A stretch of 15,158 nucleotides of DNA from a bacterium. GTDB taxonomy: Bacteria > SAR324 > NAC60-12. Both the position numbers and the translations under genes were made by a program. The DNA lies in NCBI GenBank assembly GCA_965233585.1, contig CBDDTI010000223.1, positions 1 through 15,158 on the forward strand, written 5' to 3'. The notes beneath the pieces were generated by a model. It made no database searches and was not told the DNA's origin. It was given only the letters and a program-made list of their open reading frames with translations. How positions within the stretch are numbered: position 1 is the first letter of the stretch; every line of letters starts with the position of its first letter. This document shows positions 1 through 9,718 of this stretch, piece after piece.

Positions 1-1
1 C

Positions 2-2284
2 AAGAACTGGAGCTTCCTGACTGACTGCTGTCACTGCTATCACTACCACTTCCGAAGTGCTGCTGCTGGAACTTGACGATGAGTCACCTTTGCTTTTCTT
101 TCCAGGCAGTTGACTAGAGGCTGCTCCTGTAGGCACGTTTTGCTTTTTGTTTCCAGTGTTTTTTGCTTTTGCTTTTGCCTCTGGTTTTTGCTTGGGACCT
201 TTTGCTGCGGCATCCTGATCCACATCAGTAATCACATCTTCTGGCTTGGAAGCCCTTGGAATGCATTGGGCTTCAACAACAGCAGCGTCGGGCACTGAGG
301 CAGGTTGTAGCGGACAACTCAAATGGTCACGTTGCAAGCTAAACTGCTTGGCTTGATTGCACCAATGCTTCAAAAGAAGCACTTGCTCATCTACCCGGGC
401 TTGTGTAAACGGAGTGATGTTCAAACTTTTTTTGCAGCCTGTAGAATTGTTCCTCGCATGAAAAGGACATGTAGCTTGTACAGCCATCTGCTTACCAATT
501 TTCTTAAAAGTAAAGCGAAACGCGCCCCACGAATAATTGTTCACAACGGGCTGCCCAGGAGATGGGGCAGGACCTGGATTGGATGCAGCCGCCACATCTC
601 CTGGCTGTGCTGTGTTCACTGTTTTCACTGCTTCGGATTGGTTGCTCTCCGCTGGGGCTGCATTTGTGTCCTCGTGGGCAGATGAAGCAGGATGCAAAAC
701 AGCATTCGGAACTGCAGGGTCATCATGATCCGCCTCAGATCGGCCATCAAGCTCAAGCAAACGTAAAATATTTTCTATACTGTCTTGTTGCCCAATATCT
801 TCACTTTGGAAAGAATGGTTCTCATCAGCACAGATAGCCACGGAATCAACTTGGCCGTGCTGCTGCACACCAAATGAATCAACATCAGCCCCAAAGTCCA
901 TGAGAGCCATGGGTGCAGACCGATTCCTTTGCCTGGGAGCAACCTCTATATCAGGAAGCAAATGTAGCGGCCTGTTTTGGGCAACAGGCGGTTGAACTCC
1001 TTGCAGCAAGTCAACATAGACTTGGCGTGAGCGGCCGCAAGGAATCTGTGTGATGCCAAACTGCGCTTTCAAATCATTTGCACACAATAAACATTGCAAC
1101 AACTCAGGGAACACCTCTTGACCTCTGGTGCCCCATGTCTTTTCTTGTCCAACTTCGTAAGTGATACTTTCTTTCTTGGTCAATTGCTTCCATTGAAAAC
1201 CCTGGTCTTCAAGTTGCTGCAATAACTGATGTGTTGTGGGCTCTGTGGTTTCAAAGGATGTAGCAACAATGTTCAATGGATCAAGCTGCCGAACAAGCTT
1301 CAAGTGAGAGAGCAGCAACGTAGTGGCCTCAAAAAAACATTCTGACTTGGATACAAAATTTGCCTCCACCAACTTGTCAAGAATGTGTAGGTCAGCCAGT
1401 GGCAAATCATCAATTGGAATTCTGAACGCTTTGGCTGGATTGCCACTGGAATCCCTGGAAGAGACAAGTCGGGTCAAGACCTCGTCGCATTGCAAGGAAA
1501 AAAGAATTGAATCATGTGGAAGTGACACGGAAGATTCGGCAATGCTGTGTTTGTCCAGCTGGTACATAGATTCAGGGGCCTTAGAAAATGTTCCCCACAA
1601 AAGACACTCTGAAAGCTCCTCAAATGAAAACCATTTGGACAAATCACGTAGTACCGAAACTTGTGACAGCTGTCCAGCTTTTGGACAACATTCCAGCCAT
1701 GTCTGCAATTCCCTCCCTGGCTGCGAAACAGTTTCATACAAGTGCACTGCAACATCTTCTGCTTTCAATCGCGAGCCAATCCCTGCACCAGGAGCAAGAG
1801 CAATGGTCTTCCGGGAAGACGGCCTGGTGTGCACAATTCGGAAAAATATTTGCGTAACAGGATTCCCACCATCTTCAATGGCTGCTTCCCCATGGTTGAA
1901 GTTGAAATCTTGAGCCTCTGCCTGTTGTATGTCTGACAATAAAGGGATCTGCGGAGAACTTGTCTTCACAGCACGCATTGCTGTTGGGAGGTCTTGCAAG
2001 ACATCAGGAACAGAACGGGACGGAACCTGCAAACAAAAAATGCCTTCACCGTTGTTCTCGGACAAAGCAAACATATGCTGCTGCAAGGCAGATAGGCGAA
2101 TGGCTTCATACCCGACACGAACTGTTCCTTTGTTGTTAACTCTGTCAGCAATTGCTTGGCGCATTTTCTTTCTGTTGTTCTGATAGCCATCATCAAATTT
2201 CCTTGCCACTGAAACATCTTGGTATTGGCCAGGAACATCACACCTATACAAAATTCTGTTCATCACTTTGACGATGCTCCACTT
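2..2284 (-). CDS. Segment 4: ~760-codon open frame (C-terminal extension), absent from the ORF track because it has no stop inside the window
   Basis: Manual translation shows no stop from KWSIVKVMNRILYRCD... through ...QLLQQLEDQGFQWKQL..., WGAFRFTFKK...QATCPFHARNNSTGCKKSL...LLKHWCNQA...RDH, to a Lys/Ala-rich and Ser-rich tail at the window edge. Confidence 0.85.
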
Positions 2285-2710
2285 TTCTTGTTTCCATTGG
2301 CAAGAAGATCAGGGTGCCCAGCTAGCCCAAGTCGCGCAGGCAAGGATTTGATGTCCCGAGCTACTTCGTACAAGTCCGCAACTTGCATGAGAGTGCTTGG
2401 GTCGATATCAATGTCCATGGTTAAACGCCACAGCCGGCGGCTCAAGGAAATGACTGGTCCAGCAGAATGTGGAGCAACTTTTCTCTTGAGAATTGAATGT
2501 GATGCTTCCAAATACCGCTCACTGACCTGCACCAATCTGAAACACCCTGCTAAATCCTCCAAAGAAGGCAAATTGCCCAAGGCTTCCCCTTCAATGAACC
2601 GATTGACCTCCACTCGTACAGGGGAACCATGGCTCAGCATTCGCTGGGATAAATGGTGGTGTTGCTTGTGAAGAAACTCAGACTGCCCATCCCAAAATTG
2701 CACTATTTCC
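2283..2710 (-). CDS. Segment 3 of the transposase-like gene (putative catalytic Glu region)
   Basis: Resumes in frame after the insertion: (M)EIVQFWDGQSEF...FRLVQVSERYLEASHSILKRK...GHPDLLANGNKK. This is part of track ORF 2263..2808, whose first ~33 aa come from the inserted element. Confidence 0.8.
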
Positions 2711-2829
2711 ATCACCCTCCCCAGGGGTTTTGTACACCCCCCCTTCCCTTCATACATTTTTTGCAATGTATGAACATAGGGGGGACACCGTCGATTTTTT
2801 GACATCAAGTCACATATAGCATGTGAAAA

Positions 2830-2874
2830 GTATGAAGCCCATGGGGGAACCCTGTTTCCCCATGGGCTTCATAC
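2830..2874. repeat. Near-perfect subterminal palindrome or hairpin
   Basis: GTATGAAGCCCATGGGG (2830-2846) and CCCCATGGGCTTCATAC (2858-2874) are perfect 17-bp arms, extended by a G-T pair and AAC/GTT around a CCT loop. Confidence 0.9.
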
Positions 2875-4097
2875 ATTAACTCAATAATGTATGAAACCTA
2901 GGGGGGAGATGCCCCAGCCATCTGCTATTCATTTTTCTATAATGTATGAAAGTAGGGGGGGAGGGTGTTGTTTTGGAAGTATGGACTGATACCTTAAAAT
3001 GTATGAAACCTAGGGGGACACCGTTGATTTTCTTCAAGCAGAAATCATGGGAACGACTTTTCAAATAACATGCAACGTCATACAACTTCCATCAACTTCC
3101 ATCAGAGTACATTGGATGTATGAATGATTGGTTTGACAGGCTCACCCATCATTGGAATTCATTCTATACGTGTTTGGCTGAGGTACGCACAACACCCAAT
3201 ATGCTCTATTTATGTCCTGGCATACCCGAAATGCCACTTATCTGTAATCAGAAAAAGGGATCGCCAAAAACAACCCGGCAAGATTCACCAGAAAAAACAC
3301 ACAACAAAATCAAAAAACAAAAGCCACAAAAACAATCTTGACAAGTTTTGATTATTTTGTGTTTTCCTAGTTTGTTTTTTTTTTCTGTGTGCTCTGGTTT
3401 TGTATTTTTTAAACCGCTATATTCTTTATGCTGTTCGGCTCAAAAGCCTGGTATACAAAAAGGATCAAAACAAACTCCTTACAGTAATTTTTGGCCCGAG
3501 AGAAAAAGAAGAGTCAAAAATGTATGAAAGGAAGGGGGGACAGGCCCACCCCTCCTTAGAATACATTTTCTGAATTTCTGGGTTCGATATGATTAGACTT
3601 TAGACATGGTTGGACCTATGGTTGGATATGGTTGGATACACACACCATCCAATCAAATCCTTTTGCATGTCCTTGTATACAAACAAATACTATCTTACAT
3701 ATTTTTTGGATCAAAGAAAAAAGAAAGTTCAAAAATGTATGAATGGGGGGGGGACAGGCTCACCCCTCCTTGGAATACATTTCTGGGTTAATTATGATTG
3801 GATGTGGTCCTGCTTAGATTTGGTTGGATACACACAAAATTCTGTTCATTTGCCCTTGTAGTCTGACACCGGCTTCAACAGAGAAAGTTGATTCTAGCAA
3901 AAAATGAAACACATAAAAAACAAAAACACAATCAAAACACAGAATCGCCAAAAACAACCCGACAAGATTCACCAGAAAAAACACAACAAAATCAAAAAAC
4001 AAAAGCCACAAAAACAATCTTGACAAGTTTTTCTTATTTTGTGTTTCCTAGTTTGTTTTTTTTTGTGTGCTCTGGTTTTGTATTGTTTAAACCGCTA

Positions 4098-4317
4098 CGG
4101 TAACTATTTTTAAATATACGGTTTTTTAAATATACGAACAAGCATTTTAGACTACCTCTGGGAAGGTTTTCCTTGGCCCGCCCAGCCATTTAAACATACG
4201 GAATCCAATTCATTTAAACATACTGCAACTACATTCAAATATACGAACTGGTATTTCATACTACCTCCGGGGCCTCGCGGTCTGGCCCGCCCTCCACATA
4301 TTTAAATGTCGTTACCG
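4098..4317. mobile_element. 220-bp MITE-like element, TA TSD (Tc1/mariner/pogo-type signature)
   Basis: Other units read CCGC-TA-TATTC; here CCGC-TA-[CGGTAAC...GTTACCG]-TA-TATTC. The terminal 24 bp are inverted with 19/24 identity and the outer 7 are perfect. Internal TTTAAA(T/C)ATACG repeats are present. Confidence 0.92.
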
Positions 4318-6338
4318 TATATTCTTTATGCTGTTCGGCTCAAAAGCCTGGTATACAAAAAGGATCAAAACAAACTCCTTACAGTAATTTTTGGCTCGAG
4401 AGAAAAAGAAGAGTCAAAAATGTATGAAAGGAAGGGGGACAGGCCCACCCCTCCTTAGAATACATTTTCTGAATTTCTGGGTTCGATATGATTAGACTTT
4501 GGACATGGTTGGACCTATGGTTGGATATGGTTGGATACACACACCATCATACACCATCCAATCAAATCCTTTTGTATGTCCTTGTATACAAACAAATACT
4601 ATCTTACATATTTTTTTGGATCAAAGAAAAAAGAAAGTTCGAAAATGTATGAATGGGGGGGGGACAGGCCCACCCCTCCTTGGAATACATTTCTGGGTTA
4701 ACTATAATTGGATGTGGTCCTGCTTAGATTTGGCTGGATACACACAAAATTCTGTTCATTTGCCCTTGTAGTCTGACACCGGCTTCAACAGAGAAAGTTG
4801 ATTCTAGCAAAAAATGAAACACATAAAAAACAAAAACACAATCAAAACACAGAATCGCCAAAAACAACCCGACAAGATTCACCAGAAAAAACAAAACAAA
4901 ATCAAAAAACAAAAGCCACAAAAACAATCTTGACAAGTTTTGCTTATTTTGTGTTTTCCTAGTGTGTTTTTTTTCTGTGTGCTCTGGTTTTGTATTTTTT
5001 AAACCGCTGTATTCTTTATGCTGTTCGGCTCAAAAGCCTGGTATACAAAAAGGATCAAAACAAACTCCTTACAGTAATTTTTGGCTCGAGAGAAAAAGAA
5101 GAGTCAAACATGTATGAAAGGAAGGGGGGACAGGCCCACCCCTCCCTAGAATACATTTTCTGAATTTCTGGGTTCGATATGATTAGACTTTAGACATGGT
5201 TGGACCTATGGTTGGGTATGGTTGGATACACACAAAATCCAATCAAATCCTTTTGTATGTTCTTGTATACAAACAAATACTATCTTACATTTTTTTTGGA
5301 TCAAAGCAGAAAAAAGTTCGAAAATGTATGAATGGGGGGGGGACAGGCTCACCCCTCCTTGGAATACATTTCTGGGTTATATAATTCTGATTGGATGTGG
5401 TCCTGCTTAGATTTGGTTGGATACACACAAAATTCTGTTCATTTGCCCTTGTAGTCTGACACCGGCTTCAACAGAGAAAGTTGATTCTAGCAAAAAATGA
5501 AACACATAAAAAACAAAAACACAATCAAAACACAGAATCGCCAAAAACAACCCGACAAGATTCACCAGAAAAAACACACCAAAATCAAAAAACAAAAGCC
5601 ACAAAAACAATCTTGACAAGTTTTGATTATTTTGTGTTTTCCTAGTTTGTTTTTTTCTGTGTGCTCTGGTTTTGTATTTTTTAAACCGCTATATTCTTTA
5701 TGCTGTTCGGCTCAAAAGCCTGGTATACAAAAAGGATCAAAACAAATGCGTTACAGTAATTTTTGGCTCGAGAGAAAAAGAAGAGTCAAAAATGTATGAA
5801 AGGAAGGGGGGACAGGCCCACCCCTCCTTAGAATACATTTTCTGAATTTCTGGGTTCGATATGATTAGACTTTAGACATGGTTGGACCTATGGTTGGACA
5901 TGGTTGGATACACACACCATCATACACCATCCAATCAAATCCTTTTGTATGTCCTTGTATACAAACAAATACTATCTTACATATTTTTTGGATCAAAGGA
6001 AATAGAAAGTTCGAAAATGTATGAATGGGGGGGGAACAGGCTCACCCCTCCCTGGAATACATTTCTGGGTTAATTATGATTGGATGTGGTCCTGGTTAGA
6101 TTTGGTTGGATACACACAAAATTCTGTTCATTTGCCCTTGTAGTCTGACACCGGCTTCAACAGAGAAAGTTGATTCTAGCAAAAAATGAAACACGTAAAA
6201 AAAACAAAAACACAATCAAAACACAGAATCGCCAAAAACAACCCGACAAGATTCACCAGAAAAAAACACACAACAAAATCAAAAAACAAAAGCCTCAAAA
6301 ACAATCTTGACAAGTTTTGATTATTTTGTGTTTTCCTA

Positions 6339-7061
6339 ATGTTGGCTGCCTAATAGTAATTGCCCCCCCCTAAATTTATTATTTATGTTTTTTTATTTTA
6401 GGGGGAGGGGGGGTCAACCTTCCTATAATAATTTTTGGGAATCTATAGCTGGGATCATGATATGTATCTGATAGATTCTCCATGGTTTTGTTGGGTTTCT
6501 GAAAGATTCTGAATGGATTTGGTGGAGGCGAAGGAGGAGGGCGAGGAAGAGGAGAAGAAGGAGGAGGACAACAAAATTGGAGTTGCGGAAAAAAAATTCC
6601 ACTATTGCCATGCCTGGTGCAGGTTTGTTATTGCTATTCTGGGGCTTGCAAAGGGGGTACCCTTTGTGGACCTGTTTTTTTGTTTTTTTTAATAAGGGTT
6701 TTATAAGGAAATCAGCTGTTTGGTAATTGGATCAGATTTCTGGAATCTAAGCTTTTGCTAATCAAAAGTGAAGGCTGCTTTGAAAAGGATTTGCTTTACT
6801 TGACTCTTTTGGCAATACTAAAAGTAAATAGAGCTAATTGACTTTTAGTATTGGAGAACAAATTGGAGTTGGGAAACAAGTTTCCACTATTGCCATGTTG
6901 GGTCCACTATTGGCCATGCCCTCTGGGCAAGGTCTGAACAAGACTCTTTTGGCAATACTAAAAGTAAATAGAGCTAATTGACTTTTAGTATTGGAGAAAA
7001 ATTGGAGTTGCGGAAAAATGTTTCTACTATTGACAAGATATCGCTATTGGTCAGACAACAT
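6339..7061. mobile_element. 723-bp non-autonomous TIR element, TA TSD
   Basis: Other units read TTCC-TA-GTTTG; here TTCC-TA-[ATGTTGGCTGCCTAATAG...CTATTGGTCAGACAACAT]-TA-GTTTG. 18-bp TIR with 15/18 identity. Internal direct repeat of about 70 bp at 6802 and 6942. Confidence 0.92.
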
Positions 7062-9718
7062 TAGTTTGTTTTTTTCTGTGTGCTCTGGTTTTGTATTTTT
7101 TAAACCGCTATATTCTTTATGCTGTTCGGCTCAAAAGCCTGGTATACAAAAAGGATCAAAACAAATGCCTTACAGTAATTTTTGCCTCGAGAGAAAAAGA
7201 AGAGTCAAAAATGTATGAAAGGAAGGGGGGACAGGCCCACCCCTCCTTAGAATACATTTTCTGAATTTCTGGGTTCGATATGATTAGACTTTAGACATGG
7301 TTGGACCTATGGTTGGATATGGTTGGATACACACACCATCCAATCAAATCCTTTTGTATGTTCTTGTATACAAACAAATACTATCTTACATATTTTTTTG
7401 GATCAAAGGAAAAAGAAAGTTCGAAAATGTATGAATGGGGGGGGACAGGCTCACCCCTCCCTGGAATACATTTCTGGGTTAATTATGATTGGATGTGGTC
7501 CTGGTTAGATTTGGTTGGATACACACAAAATTCTGTTCATTTGCCCTTGTAGTCTGACACCGGCTTCAACAGAGAAAGTTGATTCTAGCAAAAAATGAAA
7601 CACGTAAAAAAACAAAAACACAATCAAAACACAGAATCGCCAAAAACAACCCGACAAGATTCACCAGAAAAAACACACCAAAATCAAAAAACAAAAGCCA
7701 CAAAAACAATCTTGACAAGTTTTGATTATTTTGTGTTTTCCTAGTGTGTTTTTTTCTGTGTGCTCTGGTTGTGTATTTTTTAAACCGCTATATTCTTTAT
7801 GCTGTTCGGCTCAAAAGCCTGGTATACAAAAAGGATCAAAACAAATGCCTTACAGTAATTTTTGCCTCGAGAGAAAAAGAAGAGTCAAAAATGTATGAAA
7901 GGAAGGGGGGACAGGCCCACCCCTCCTTAGAATACATTTTCTGAATTTCTGGGTTCGATATGATTAGACTTTAGACATGGTTGGACCTATGGTTGGATAT
8001 CGTTGGATACACACACACACACCATCCAATCAAAGCCTTTTGTATGTCCCTGTATACAAACAAATACTATCTTACATATTTTTTTGGATCAAAGGAAAAA
8101 GAAAGTTCGAAAATGTATGAATGGGGGGGGGACAGGCTCACCCCTCCTTGGAATACATTTCTGGGTTAGTCATGATTGGATGTGGTCCTGGTTAGATTTG
8201 GTTGGATACACACAAAATTCTGTTCATTTGCCCTTGTAGTCTGACACCGGCTTCAACAGAGAAAGTTGATTCTAGCAAAAAATGAAACACATAAAAAACA
8301 AAAACACAATCAAAACACAGAATCGCCAAAAACAACCCGACAAGATTCACCAGAAAAAAACACACCAAAATCAAAAAACAAAAGCCACAAAAACAATCTT
8401 GACAAGTTTTGATTATTTTGTGTTTTCCTAGTTTGTTTTTTTTCTGTGTGCTCTGGTTGTGTATTTTTTAAACCGCTATATTCTTTATGCTGTGCAGGAA
8501 TCTCGGCTCAAAAGCCTGGTATACAAAAAGGATCAAAACAAATTCGTTACAGTAATTTTTGGCTCGAGAGAAAAAGAAGAGTCAAAAATGTATGAAAGGA
8601 AGGGGGGACAGGCCCACGCCTCCTTAGAATACATTTTCTGAATTTCTGGGTTCGATATGATTAGACTTTAGACATGGTTGGACCTATGGTTGGATATGGT
8701 TGGATACACACACACACACACCATCCAATCAAAGCCTTTTGTATGTCCTTGTATACAAACAAATACTATCTTACATATTTTTTTGGATCAAAGGAAAAAG
8801 AAAGTTCGAAAATGTATGAATGGGGGGGACAGGCTCACCCCTCCTTGGAATACATTTCTGGGTTAATCATGATTGGATGTGGTCCTGCGTAGATTTGGTT
8901 GGATACACACAAAATTCTGTTCATTTGCCCTTGCATTATTACACCAGCTTCAACAGAGAAAGTTGATTCTAGCAAAAAATGAAGAACATTAAAAAAAACG
9001 CAATCAAAACACAGAATCGCCAAAAACAACCCGACAAGATTCACCAGAAAAACAACAACAAAAAACACAAAAACGGCAAAAAACATCAATCAAAACCTGG
9101 AGTTTGACAAGTTTTGATTATTTTGTGTTTTCCTAGTTTGTTTTTTCTGTGTGCTCTGGTTTTGTATGTCTTAAACCCTGTATTCTTTATGCTGTTCGGC
9201 TCTTTCGGCTCAACAAGCGAGGGGTGTGGCCAAAAAAGGCTTTGGGAAGAACGGCGACCGGCAAATTAAACATGTTTTTTTTTCAGTTCAGCAACTTGGG
9301 TGTCTAGAAAACATGAAAAGTATAAAACTAAGGGGGCAGTGAATTCGAGCTGACCTATGAATATCCAAAAATAGACACACGCACGTAAAATGTATAAACC
9401 TGGGGGTTCATGGAACACTGAGGAATCCTGGGGATGCCCACGGAATGGTTGGCCAACACGTACGTAAAAAGTATAAAGGCTCAGGGGTTTAAAACCCCTA
9501 GGAACCCCAGGAATTCCAAAACCTGTGCAAAATGTATCAAACTGGGGGGGTGGTTCGAACTGCCTTTGTCAACCCCATCCATCTTCCACCCCCCCCCCGC
9601 GAACGCTACGTGGTGTATAAAATTTTTCCCTGGGGAACCCTAGGAAGAAACACGTAAAAAGTACATTTTTGGCAGCGTACACCCCCCCTCTCTTGTACTT
9701 TTTAAGGGGGTGGGTGAT

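Larger units (their letters stand above)
3261..9212. repeat. Tandem array of a ~685-bp unit, 7 full copies plus a partial eighth
   Basis: Marker TCGCCAAAAACAACCC at 3261, 3945, 4855, 5538, 6229, 7637, 8323 and 9017. Spacings are 684, 910, 683, 691, 1408, 686 and 694; the two long ones reduce to 688 and 683 once the nested insertions are removed. Confidence 0.97.
2711..9718. mobile_element. 7,008-bp non-autonomous TIR DNA transposon with 8-bp TSD
   Basis: TSD CTATTTCC at 2703-2710 and 9719-9726. Left end ATCACCCTCCCC versus reverse complement of right end ATCACCCACCCC (11/12). Repeated AATGTAT(G/A/C)AA...GGGGG motifs near both ends. No credible ORF inside. The empty site restores the host reading frame. 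Confidence 0.93.

Noticed and set aside
6521..6570. GGA/GAA purine-rich run and antisense poly-Leu ORF 6423..6611
   Set aside because: A simple repeat inside the 723-bp element with no evidence of coding function.
3120..9089. Many 60-90 aa ORFs within the array (for example MSRLFLWLLFFDF...)
   Set aside because: They are low-complexity translations of A/T tracts, and their frames change between units with homopolymer length.
3261..9212. CRISPR-like array interpretation
   Set aside because: Whole ~685-bp units are repeated with no unique spacers. The two unique inserts have TIRs and TA duplications, so they are transposons.
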